From Felis catus (Eukaryota): 64,000 nt of DNA. A program made the position numbers and the translations under genes. Every line of letters begins with the position of its first letter. The stretch's first letter is position 1. Below, in pieces: positions 1-11,200 of the stretch. The stretch is from contig NC_058383.1 of the NCBI RefSeq assembly GCF_018350175.1, positions 1,674,001 to 1,738,000 of the forward strand, written 5' to 3'. The notes under the pieces were generated by a model that was not told where the DNA came from, searched no databases, and saw only the letters and a program-made list of their open reading frames with translations.

Positions 1-155
1 CTGGACAAGATACTTACTGTCTCTCCCTTCCTTCACCCATAAAATTGGGATAATAGTGCAAACTGTGTACTTCCAGTTTGTTTTGAGAATCCAATGTGTC
101 ACTGCAAGTAAACTATTTAAAGCTGTGCTTGGGCAGGTAATAAGGGCTCACGAGA
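1..155 (+). mobile_element. MIR SINE relic (core and 3' part)
   Basis: ccataaaattgggataatagt...gttttgagaatccaatg...gctgtgcttgggcaggtaataagggctca resembles the MIR core ctgtaaaatggggataatagt...gttgtgaggattaaatg...acagtgcctggcacatagtaagcgctca. Confidence 0.7.
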
Positions 156-278
156 GAAAAATAAAACAGAACGGAAGGATGGAAGGAGCAAGAGGACAAG
201 TCCAAGCGGTCGTGCGCAGGAGGCTCTGGGGCAGGTGACCAGACGACTGCCTGGCGGGAAAGGGCTGGGACACAAACG

Positions 279-920
279 CAGGGGCGCACCTCCGAGACAC
301 CGCGGGCTCGGTCCCAGAACATCGCAGTAAAGCAAATGTCACAATAAAGCGAATCAAATGAATTCTCTGGGTTCCCAGTGCACGTAAAAGCTAGGTTTAC
401 GACACACTGCAGCCTACTCACAAGGCGGTCACATCGGGTCTGCAAAAACGCACAGGCCTTAATTAAAAATACTTTATTGCTCATAGCGCTAACCATCGTC
501 TCAGCTTCAGTGATTATAACCACTGATCACCAATCATACTACACATAATAATGAAAAAGTCCCAACTATTGCGAGAATGACCAAAATGTGACACAACACG
601 TGCTGCTCGTTTGCCAGGACACAACCACACTAACCGTACTTCCTCCTAGAAGCAGAGCTGCGTTGGGGCGCCTGGGTGGCGCAGTCGGTTAAGCGTCCGA
701 CTTCAGCCAGGTCACGATCTCGCGGTCCGTGAGTTCGAGCCCCGCGTCGGGCTCTGGGCTGATGGTTCAGAGCCTGGAGCCTGTTTCCGATTCTGTGTCT
801 CCCTCTCTCTCTCTGCCCCTCCCCCGTTCATGCTCTGTCTCTCTCTGTCCCAAAAATAAATAAAAAACGTTGAAGCAGAGCTGCGTCAGGCACGAAGCAC
901 GACGCGGCAGAAGGACGGGG
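279..920. mobile_element. Tigger2-family non-autonomous DNA transposon relic (internally deleted), interrupted by a young SINE at 665-871
   Basis: Matches remembered Tigger2 terminal regions: cacctccgagacaccgcgggctcggtcccag...cacaataaagcga...gggttcccagtgca...ttaattaaaaatactttattgct and ataataatgaaaaag...tattgcgagaatgaccaaaatgtgacac. Confidence 0.7.
665..871 (+). mobile_element. Young SINEC_Fc (felid CAN-SINE) with perfect 15-bp TSD and essentially no poly(A) tail
   Basis: ggggcgcctgggtggcgcagtcggttaagcgtccgacttcagccaggtcacg... head with A and B boxes, (CT)n, aaaaataaataaaaaacgtt. TSD gaagcagagctgcgt at 649-663 and 872-886. Confidence 0.97.
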
Positions 921-1797
921 GAGCGCGAGTGCGGCTGGACACGGTGATGAGCACGACCCACAGGCAGGAGGGCTGAACAGGACCACCCGCCGAGTGGATC
1001 TAACAGGAACTGGTACAACGCACCAGCCAACGACAACACAATCCTTCTCCGGGACAGACCACATTTGGGGCATTTAACAAACCTTAACAAATTTCTTAAA
1101 CTGGCATTACACAAACTACATTCACAGACCACAAGGGAATGACACCAGATGCCGGTGACACGACAGGGAAATCCCCAAACATCTGCAAATCTAACAACAC
1201 ACATCAAAACAATAGGTCGTTTAGCAAAACGACTGAGATTATAAACTACGTTTACCTGAACGAAACGAAAGCACGGCATCCAAAAAGGTGGGACGCGGCT
1301 GAAGCAGTGCTCGGAGCGAACTTTGTAGCCGTGAACGCTCATATTACAAACCAAGATCTCAGATCAATAATCTAGGCCTCCACCTCAAGAGACTAGGAAG
1401 AAGGAAAGAAAATATACCAGGAGCGGGCAGAAGGAAGGATCGACAAGGAGCAGAAATTAACGAGACAGAAAACAGAAAAGCAAAGAGAGAAAGGGGAGAA
1501 AGCAGACACCAGTTCTGTGAAGAAGCCTGTTAAACAGCGAACGTCCGGCAAGGCTGCAAAGACCAGAGAACACGGAGAACGTGAGGTAATAACGTCGGGA
1601 AGGAGAGGCTCCCGCTGTGGGTCCTGCAGACAGAACGGGGACTGTACACAGCACCACACACGGGCCCCGACAACCTACATGGGACGCACCAATTCTCCCA
1701 GGTACCCAAATTCTCTGAGACAAATTACCCAGCCTGGGTGGGTACTTCTGTGACTGGCGGAGGGATGACATCGTGAGTGAAACACCACACGCAACAA

Positions 1798-1985
1798 GGA
1801 CGCCTGGGTGGCTCAGTCGGTTAGGCCTCTGACCCTCGATTCAGCTCAGGTCACGATCTCCACAGTTTATGAGTTCAAGCCCCGCGTCGGGCTCTGCACT
1901 GACAGTGCTGAGCTTTCTTGGGATTCTCTCTCTCCCCCTCTCTGTGCCCCTCCCCTGCTTGTGCTCTCTCAAAATAAATAAAAAT
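1798..1985 (+). mobile_element. CAN-SINE (older felid SINEC)
   Basis: ggacgcctgggtggctcagtcggttaggc...gagttcaagccccgcgtcgggctctgcactgacag...ctctcaaaataaata. Confidence 0.92.
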
Positions 1986-2290
1986 ATTTTTTACAGATTA
2001 AAAAAAGAACAACCCACACACAACAGAAATACCCAGCCTTAGATGGTTTGCCTGGGTGCAAACTTTTAAAAAGGAAGTAATGCCAGATCCACACATCCCT
2101 TCCAGAAAACAAAAGAGGACGGAATGCTTACTAACCCATTTCACAAGGTCGGTATTATGGTGATAAAAACCAGACAACAACAGTGCGAGAAAGCTGTAAG
2201 GCCAGGATCCCTCATGAGTACAGACACAAAAATCATCAGCAAGAAATAAGCAAGTTGAATCCAGCAATATGTAAAAAGGACAATGCATTA

Positions 2291-2452
2291 GGGGCGCCTG
2301 GGTGGCTCAGTCGGTTGGGTGATCTACTCGAGTTAGGCTCAGGTCATGATACCAGGGTAACGGGATCGAGCCCTATGTGGGGCTCTGCGGGAAGCGTGGA
2401 GCCTGCTAAATATTCTCTGTCTCTGTCTCTGTCTCTCTCAAGTAAAAAAAAT
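2291..2452 (+). mobile_element. CAN-SINE (older, diverged)
   Basis: ggggcgcctgggtggctcagtcggtt...gggatcgagccct...ggagcctgct...(CT)-rich tail. Degenerate TSD aaaaggacaatgcatta / aaaacgaccatacgtta. Confidence 0.9.
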
Positions 2453-2677
2453 TAAAACGACCATACGTTATAACCAGGGAGGGTTTACCTAGGGTGTCAA
2501 GCAGGTTTAATACTGAAAAATAAATCAATATAATCTGCCATGCTGACAGTGTAAAGAGGAAAAACCACATCGTATCAATCAATTCAAAGAAAAACAGAAC
2601 TTGAAAAAATTCAATATCCATTCATTTCAAATCAAGACTAGAAGCGAGCTTTTACATCCTGATGAAAGACCTACAAA

Positions 2678-2892
2678 GGGGGTGCCTGGGTGTCTCAGTC
2701 AGTTAAGCGTCCAACTGAGGTTCGAGTCATGATCTCAGTTTGAGAGTCGGAGCCCGTGTCAGTCTCTGTGTTGACAGCTCGGAGCCTGGAGCTGCTTCAG
2801 ATTCTGTGTCTCCCTCTCTCTCTGCCCCTCACCTGCTCACACTTTGTCTCCCTCAAAAATGAATAAATGCTAAAAAAAAAAAAAAAAAAAAA
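2678..2892 (+). mobile_element. CAN-SINE (felid SINEC) with ~21-nt poly(A)
   Basis: gggggtgcctgggtgtctcagtcagttaagcgtcc...gattctgtgtctccctctctc...aaaaatgaataaatgc followed by poly(A). TSD-like aaagacctacaaa / aagacacctacaaa. Confidence 0.93.
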
Positions 2893-5853
2893 GACACCTA
2901 CAAAAAGCCTACATTATTTCCAGTGGCTTCAGACTGAACATCTCCCCACATCCAAGACCAGGAACAAGGCGAAGGCATCCGCCCTCCTCACCCCACAGCA
3001 ACGTCACACTCGAAGTCTCAGTCAGCACAAACTGTAAGTGGAGGAGACCAAAGGCATACTTCTTGGTGAAGATGTAAAACTAACCAAGTTCATAGACAAC
3101 AGAATATCTATGTAGAAAATCCCACAAGGAATTAAACACAATTAAACAAACAAACAAACAAACAAAAACCCTCACAAAACTGATAATTTAGTAAGGTTGC
3201 AGGCTATAAGATGAATAACTAAAAAGTCAATCATTTCTATGTGATCAAAAAACAAAACAAAGCAAAACTTAGAATAGATATAAAAGACATACTTGGGTCC
3301 AAATCTATTAAAATATGCAGAACCCGTATACTGAAAGTACAAAATGCTAATGTAAGAACCGAAAGACCTAGATAAATAGAGATGCATACCATGTTCATGG
3401 AGGGAGGACCCAGCATGGTACAGAATCGGTTCTTCCCAAACTGAAGGTGCCCACTTAACACAATGCCAATTCAACTCCCAGCAGGGTTATTTTTGTAGAT
3501 ATAGCCAAACTGTCCTAGCATTTCTTTGGAAATTCAGAGGAACTAGAATAGCTAAAATGATTTTGAAAAAGAAGAATGAAATTGGAAGAGTCATACCACC
3601 TGATTTAAAACTTGCCGTAAGACTGTGGTCACCAGGAAAACGGCGGTGAGACAAACATGTGGATCAACACGGACACAGAAGCAATTCAGTGAAGGGACGC
3701 CTGAACATCTTAAGGTAAAGAATAAAATAAAATAAATAAACGTTGACCTAAACTTCACATCTCATACAAAATTTAACCGAGTGTGGATCAAGGAGTTAAA
3801 TGTAAAATGTAGAATTCCTGTTCTTTTAAAGGTTTTATTAAGATGAAAAATCACACTACGGACTAAGAGAAGGTAGTTCCAAGTCACATTTGACAAATAT
3901 GTCTGAAATGCATAAAGAACTTGCAAAATTCAAAAGTAAGTTAAGAAAACAAAAATAAAACTGGGTGAAAGATGGCTAAAATATCTGAACAGACATTTCA
4001 CCAAGGAGGACAAGCAGATGGCAAGTAAGCAATGAACAGATGTTCAACATCAGCGCCCATTTGGGAGCCACACGTGAAACCTACGATGAGACACTGCACA
4101 CCTGTGGGACAGCTGGCATTAAAAATACCACCAACACCAAGCACAGACTAGGATGTGGGTATTTCTGTTCAAGGAACTGCCAGACCATTCTCCAAAGCTA
4201 AACATTACCCAAGGTATTACCCAGAAATGCGACACCTGGGTATCTACCCCAGAGGAAGGAAGACTGAGGGCCCCCCCGGACACAATCTACACGCAGCTAT
4301 TTACAGCAGCTCTAGTCAAGATGGCTCCAGATTGGAAACAGCATAAATCCCCGTCAACAAGTAAATGGATACAGTCTTTTTTTAAAAGCTGTGGTGCATC
4401 CACAGAGTAGAATGGGACGCAGCCACACAAGGGAGCAACTACACCCAGACAGAAATTGAGCACAGAAGCAGCACACTTGGATAACACTACAAACCAACTA
4501 GACCAACCACAGGGTACGTGTCCTTGTCAAGTGCACACGGGATCTCCTCCGGTACAGACCACGTGTTAGGCCATGAAACAAGTCTTAATACGTTCGATTT
4601 ATTAATTTGGTGGAATTAATTCAATGGAATTGAAGTAAGAATCAATAATGGAAGAAAAAATGGAAAACACGTATGTGGAAACAAAACAACACAGTCTTAA
4701 CCAACAGGTCAGAGAAGAAATCAAAGGAAATTAGAAAATACTTGGAGATGAATAAAAACAAGACACGAGATACCCACACTTGGGGGCACAGGGAAAGCAG
4801 TGCTCAGAGAGGAATTTGTAGCCATAAATGCCTACATTAAAAAAGAAGAGAGTTCAAACCAATAACTGTAACTGCCTTCAGGAAATAGAAAAAGAAGGGC
4901 TTATTACACTCAAAGCTAGTCGAAGGAAGAAAATATTAAAGATTAGAACAGAGATGAATTAAGTAAAGAAGAGCGAGAAAATCAATAAAGCCAAAAGTTG
5001 ATTATTTGAAAAGATCAACAAAAGTAACAAAACTTCAGCTGAAATGACTAACTGAAAAAAAAAAAAAGAGAAGACTCAAATCATTAAATCAGAAATGAAA
5101 GACAAGACCCCACTTCTAATTTTATAGAAATAACAAGGATTGCCAAAGAAGACTGTGGACAACTATACATAGATTGGATAAGCAAGACGAAACAGACAAG
5201 TTCCTAGCAATTCACAAACTACCAAAACTGACTCAGGAAGAAACAAAAATCTGAGCTGACCAACAACCGGTAAGGAAACAGAAGCGGTAACAAAACAACA
5301 ACAATAACACATAGGACCAGATGGCTTCACGGGTGAATTCTCCCCAACATTCACAAGGGAATTAACACAATTCCCTTCCAAATTCTTCCAAAAAGTGAAA
5401 GAGAAGAAAACTCTCCCAAATTCATTCTAAGAGACCAGCATTATGGTGATACTACAAGCCAGGCAAAATACCACAAGGAAACTACAGGTCACTGACCCTT
5501 ATTGAACAGAGGGGTAAAAACCCTTAACAAGACACTAGCAGACGGAATTCAGCACCATGACCATGTGGGATTTATACCAGGAATGCAAGGGGTCTCAACA
5601 TGTGAACATTAATCAGAGCAATACACCCCATTAACATAACGAAGGGGAAAAAACCCACATGATCATCTCAGCAAATGTAGAGAAAGAGAAAGCACCTGAC
5701 GAATCCATCAACACTCAACCAACTAAGCACAGAGGGGAACTTCAACATGAAAAAGGGCATTTTTGAAAAAACCCGGAACTATTACCAATCTCAATGGTAC
5801 AAGGTTGAAAGGTTTTTCCCATAAGACCAGAAATAAGACAGGGATGCCCGCTT

Positions 5854-6012
5854 GGGCGCCTGGGCAGCTCAGGCGGTTAAGCGCCCGACTCCTGATTTCA
5901 GCTCAGGTCATGATCTCGTGGTCTGTGAGTTCGAGCCCATGCTGACAGTGTGGAGCCTGCTTGGGATTCTTTCTCTCTCCCTCTCTCTCAAAATAAATAA
6001 ACTTACAAAAGA
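5854..6012 (+). mobile_element. CAN-SINE with internal deletion
   Basis: gggcgcctgggcagctcaggcggttaagcgcccgactcctgatttcagctcaggtcatgatc.... Degenerate TSD aaataagacagggatgcccgctt / aaataaacaaggatgccagctt. Confidence 0.92.
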
Positions 6013-6313
6013 AAAATAAACAAGGATGCCAGCTTTTACCACTTCCACTCAATATACTACGAGAAGTTCTAGCCAGAGAATTTAGTAATAAAAAGAAGTA
6101 TAAGGTATCGATTTTAGAAAGGAAGAAGTAAAACTATCTATATTTGCAGCTGCCACGATCTAGAAAACCCAAATAATCTGAAAAACCAACACTCATTAGA
6201 GGTAATAAATGCATTCAGGAAGCTGTAAGTTACAAAATCAATATGCAAATTCAGTTATATTTCTATCTACCAGTAATTAAGAACCTGAAAAAGAAATTAA
6301 GAAAACAATTCCA

Positions 6314-6475
6314 GGGGCACCTGGGTGGCTCAGTCAGTTAAACGTCTGACTCCTGATTTTTGGCTTGGGTCATGATCTCACGGTTCATGAGTTCGACCCT
6401 GCATTGGGCTCTGTGTGACAAGTGAGGAGCCTGCTTGGGATTCTCTCTCCTTCACTCAAAATAAATAAACTTAAA
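6314..6475 (+). mobile_element. CAN-SINE
   Basis: ggggcacctgggtggctcagtcagttaaacg.... TSD aagaaaacaattcca (6299-6313) / aagaaatcaactcca (6476-6490). Confidence 0.93.
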
Positions 6476-6588
6476 AAGAAATCAACTCCATTTATAACAG
6501 TGTCAAAAAGAACAAAATACTTAGGAATTAATTTACCCAGGGAGGTAAAGTTTTATATACTGAAAACTGCTAAACACTGCCAAATGAA

Positions 6589-6626
<38 letters not shown>

Positions 6627-6784
6627 CCAAAAAAAAAAATAAATGGAAGGCATCCCATGTTCATGGATAGGAAGACTTTAGTGTGGTTAAAATGTTGGAA
6701 GAGTCCAAATAATCCTGAAAAAGAACAATGAAGCTGGAAGATGATGCTTTCTGATTTTAAAACATAGTAGAACGCAACAGCAGT

Positions 6785-7000
6785 CAGAAAAGCCAGTGTC
6801 AAAAGATTTCGTATCATAGGATTCCATTCTTTGGCCAGTACTGACAAAAATGGAGAATGTGGTTGTCACGTGGTTACAAAGGGGATTCTGAGGTGATGAA
6901 ATTATCTGGTTCTCTGACTAGGGGGTGATTAAACATTACGGAATTGTACAACCCCCCACCCCACAAAAAGGGGGATTTTACTATAGAACAATTTTTAAGG
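6785..7000 (+). mobile_element. L1M 3' UTR fragment (probable continuation of the 930-4445 element)
   Basis: gaaaagccagtgtcaaaaga...ggattccatt...ggggattctgaggtgatgaaattatctg...ggaattgtaca resembles old L1MC/ME 3' UTRs. Confidence 0.65.
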
Positions 7001-7643
7001 TGAAATACAATACATCTCCTGGTAACATTCTGCATTTTATTGGGATGGTGAATGCACGCACGTGTGCACTTCTGTCAAACATGCCTACAGCACCTGGTGG
7101 GGGTGAAGGTGTGGGGAGTACTTTTATTGTGGACTTTCTTTAGAAGTGAAGGCACACAGTAGTAATAAAAAAGCAGACTGGCTTTTATTTGGTGTCATTA
7201 CTGTTTCAACCTTGTCCAAAGAGAACACAGCGTCTTAGACCTGCGCCCTGGTGGGCAAGTGCACTACCCCACCCTGCTACTCTACCAGCCATACAACCGT
7301 ACATTCTTCTGTGTGTTCCTCATGCCTCTGTAGAACCGTGGCTTCTCAAATGCTCATGGACTGTTTCTGGAATTCTGCAGGCTAACGCAGAGAGGGCACA
7401 AGGTGCAGACAGAGCCCGGCCCACAGAAGGCACCGCATCAGCATTAGCAGCTTTGAGCACAATTATTACCACCACTACCAGAGCCAGGAGCCATCCTCAC
7501 TCTCAAAACCATGATGCATCCGAATCCTAGACGTGAGCAGACTCCCACAGTCTAAATACTGTCAGGCTTCAGAGACCCAGAAAACACGCTTGCACGCGTG
7601 TCAAAAAGTGGGTAACAGTTAACGCCTGTCCATTGTGGCCTGT

Positions 7644-7867
7644 TTTTTGTTTTTGTTTTTACATTTATTTTTGAGAGAGAGAGAGAGAGGCAGAGCACGA
7701 GCTGAGCCGGGGAGGGGCAGAGAGAGAGGGAGACACAGAATCGGAAGCAGGCTCCAGGCTCCGAGCTGTCAGCACAGAGCCCGACGCGGGGCTTGAACCC
7801 AGGGGCTGTGAGATCATGACCTGAGCCGAAGTCAGATGCTCAACCGACTGAGCCACCCAGGCGCCCC
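7644..7867 (-). mobile_element. CAN-SINE (felid SINEC), reverse orientation
   Basis: tttatttttgagagaga...gggagacacagaatcggaagcaggctccaggctccgagctgtcagcacagagcccgacgcggggcttgaaccc...ctgagccacccaggcgcccc. Confidence 0.95.
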
Positions 7868-8385
7868 CCTTGCGTGGCTTGTTCTTAATGGCTGAAAATT
7901 TGAAACAACTCAAGCTCTAAAAGTGGGTTAATTAAGTATACTTTGGAACAAACCATGCATTAACATTTATAGTCTGTAAAAACATGGGAAAGTGTCATGT
8001 CATCAAAAGGAGAAACACGGTTTGAACGAGGGGCTTGCTTCACTGTTTATAAAACAGCAAGACTCGAGGTAAAGCTGAGGGTTCCAACAGACATGTGCGT
8101 GCAGTCTCCCAAAACCTTACTCAAACGAGACTCCATGTTTTCCTTACTTTTCTTCCTCAGCTTTGTACTCCCAAGGGGACAAAGAAAATAAAGGAAGGGA
8201 CAACATCAAAAAACCTTTAGAAGCTGGAAAGCAGACGGAGGAGTGGTAAACAACTCAAAAGCTCAATCCTAGGCCAGTGGAGGGAAAGCCAAGAAACTTC
8301 TCAGGAGTCTCAGGACTGGGCATGACCAGCAGTCACTTCTAGAGACAGGGAGAAAATAGGGCTCCAGCTGGAAGATTGCTTGGAG

Positions 8386-8423
8386 GTGTGTGCGTGTGTG
8401 TGTGTGTGTGTGCGTGTGTGTGT
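8386..8423. repeat. Interrupted (GT)n microsatellite
   Basis: gtgtgtgcgtgtgtgtgtgtgtgtgtgcgtgtgtgtgt read directly. Confidence 0.95.
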
Positions 8424-11200
8424 TAACTTTTCAGGAAATAATCACAGGACTTGCCAAACACGTGCAAGGAGGCTCTTCACTTAGTCTCCCTTGATGGGGA
8501 CAAGTGGAACCAAATACAGTTCGCTATCAAAGCCGGGACCACTGACACTGGAGCGGCCCCAGAGGCGCACACTCACTAGCCTGCGTGAGATCCTGGACGT
8601 GCACATCTGTGTAGCCACCACGGCCAAGACGCAGAGCTGGGTCAACACAGCAGGCCGCTCACACCATCCTCTCGCAGACACCCGCACACGCCTCCCCCCA
8701 AACCCCAACAACCCCCTCTGATTTCTGGAAGAGACTGCGTAAAGTCGACATTAGTCTTTAAGGGTTTAGAATGCTCCAGAGACACCATGTGGACCCGGAA
8801 GTATCTTCCCGGGAAGCATCTTAGTTATCAATTCCATTCGTTGATGCTTCTAAGACCGTGCAGATTATCTACTTCACGTGGTTGAATCTGGGAAGCCTGC
8901 GGTCTTTGAGGAAGCGGACCACCGCTGCTAAGGCAACGAACCAGTAAGCATAAAACCATCCGTGGAACTCCCATCATACCCCTCGGGTGGCTACGGGATC
9001 TAGCCACGCCTCAGCTCGCCCCCGATCTGGATGACTACCTTCTCTTTCCATGTCGGTCTGTTTTGCTAGGAGCTTATTAATGTTATTCCTGTTTTTCAAA
9101 GAACGCTTTGTGTCAATAGTTTTCTCTGCTGTTTTTCTCCCTTCAATTTCATTACTTTCTGCTACGTATTATTTCCCTGTTTCTGCTCCTTTGGGGCTTA
9201 TGCTGCTCTTCCTTTCCCCAGGTCCTCAAGTTGAAATAGATATTAAAGACCTCGTCCCTCTGAGCGCTATCCACTTCCACGGTACTGAGGGAGCCCTGTC
9301 TCGTGGATTCTCGTACGCGCCTCTCCACGACCACTGGGACCACTGGCTTGTGTTTACTTCTCCTTCCAAACTTCCTTTCTCACACGCGGGCCATCTGGAA
9401 GTGTGCTACTTAATGTGCAAGCGGGAAGAGACTGTCCTACTGTCTTCCCTTCACTCCTAGTTTGAGTCTGTTGTGGTCAGAGAGCGTACTCTGTAACTGA
9501 TTCTTCCGAGTCTGTTCACGACCCCGGGCGCGGTCTGTCTTGGTGAATGCCCAGCGCCCTTGAAAGGAGAGTCCCGCTCCGCGGGACCCTGTGGCTGGCG
9601 GTGACGTTGAGTTCCTCCATGACTTCGCGCCGTTCCTTCCGGCAGTCTCGCCTTCGGAGCAGTGCTGAGGCCTCGACCGCGAGCAAGGGTGTCTGTTTCT
9701 CCCACGGCTTCTACTTTCTCTACCTTCTCTACCTCGCTTCATGCTTTAAGCTCCGCTGTTGGGTGCAAATACGTTTGGGGAGAGCACGTCTTCCTGGTAC
9801 ACTGATCCTTACATGATGTCCCTTTTTGTCCATGTAACGTCCCTTCTTTGCACTGAAGTGTGTTCTTCTGATGTTAATGAACGTGGCCACGCCTGCCTGA
9901 AAAAATTAATGCTCGAGTGGCGCCTCATCTTCCATCCTTCCCTTTCAACCCACCTAGATCGCTGGGCTTGAAGGGAGCCTCTTGTCCACAAAACGTGGCC
10001 GGGTCCTGTGTTTTCACCCACCGGCCAACCTCCAGCTCTTGACTGGTGCATCTAGATCATTTCTATTACAAGTAATTACGGATTTGCTCATGCTTAAATC
10101 TATCACTGCATTATTTGCTCCCCGACGGTTCCTCCGTTTATTTCTTGCCTTCTGGAAGGTTCCTCGGATGGTTTTAGGAGTCCTTTACGATTTGCCAACA
10201 GTGGTTTTGGGTTCAGCAAACCAGACCACTGTCTTTGTGGGTGCCGCAGGCACTCGAACACGCATCTGTCCCTTGGCCCGGAGGCATGACTGCGCTGGCT
10301 GTGAGGGGTGGATGCGGGCCGGTCCCTGTGCACTCGGAGCACCACCACCACACGACCCTGTGGGCTTTCAGCCACCCGGGGCGAGTCAGCCAACACATGA
10401 GGGTGGTAGAGGAAATTCCCCTCCTTCCTCCATTAATGTGCCTTTCTATCCAGAAGCTTCCTTCGCGGTTCATTAAGGGCAGGTCTGTTAGGGGCAAACT
10501 ATCTTACTTTTGTCTTGATTTTCTTCTCATTCCTGAAGCGTATCTCCCCTGGCTGACTGCGTGTTTCTCTCGGAGCCTGAAAAATGCTGGTGCACTTGAC
10601 CTGGCGTCCACCTCTGCAGATGAGACAGAGTCCCTGCGGACGGTGCCGCTTTCGAGACTCCGCCTTTAACTTTCAGAGTAATTAGCAGGTGTCACGTGTG
10701 ACTTTGCGGTTTGACACTGTGTGGGGTTCCGCCCAGCTTCTTAAATCTGTGCGTTTACGCCCTTCACCAAATCCTTCAGAACATTTTCCAGCTCCCACCT
10801 TCGTCTTCCCTCTGGGGCTCCAATTAAACGCATGTTTGTCTCCGGGCCCTGGTCCCAGTGGCTCTGCTCCGTCCGTTGGCCGTCAACCTGTTTCCCTGTC
10901 TGTCTGTCTGTCTGCCTCTGAGCTCACGACTCTCGTCTCTGACCCAATGCTGAGTCTGCCCGTGAGCTTTTCATTTTGGTTTTGCTGGAAATTTCCGTTG
11001 GGCTCCTCTTCCCTTTCATTTTTTTAAACTAATTTCTCCTTCTTTGTTGAGGTTTACGGTTTTCTCGTTTAAAGAAGATCCGTAACTGTTTGCTGAAGCA
11101 CTTTTCTGATGGCTCTGCGATCCTCGTCGGATAATCTGGGCACCCGCCGCTGCCTGCTGGCTGTCCGCCCTCTTGGGGCTGTGACGCCTGGCTCTGCGGA
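8424..11200 (-). mobile_element. Old L1 (L1MC/MD-like) on the minus strand: 3' UTR (~8424-8720) joined by internal deletion to the 5' ORF2 and ORF1 regions
   Basis: Antisense L1 motifs: tgtagccaccacggccaagacgcagagctg (3' UTR), gatttctggaagagactgcg, ctgtttttcaaagaacgctttg, tagtttgagtctgttgtggtcagagagcgtactctgta, gggtgcaaatacgtttggg. Confidence 0.75.

Larger units (their letters stand above)
930..4445 (+). mobile_element. Old L1 (L1M-type) ORF2 relic, decayed, hosting three SINEs; its 3' UTR appears to resume at ~6785-7000
   Basis: L1 ORF2 hallmarks: cagaccacatttggggcat...gaagcagtgctcggagcgaactttgtagccgtgaacgctcatatta, ctgaacagacatttcaccaaggagga, gatgttcaacatca, gctatttacagcagctctagtcaagatggctccagattggaaacagc. 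Confidence 0.85.
4447..6785 (+). mobile_element. Second L1 ORF2 relic nested in the 3' end of the first L1; hosts two SINEs and an expanded poly(A) at ~6591-6621
   Basis: Restarts at the endonuclease region (ataacactacaaaccaactagacc...cagaccacgtgttaggccatgaaacaagtcttaata) and continues through ggaccagatggcttcacgggtgaattc, tgggatttataccaggaatgcaagg and ggaagaagtaaaactatct. Confidence 0.85.

Noticed and set aside
665..760. tRNA-like A/B boxes suggesting a tRNA gene (also in the other SINE heads)
   Set aside because: They are the tRNA-derived heads of CAN-SINEs followed by (CT)n and A-rich tails with TSDs, not tRNA genes.
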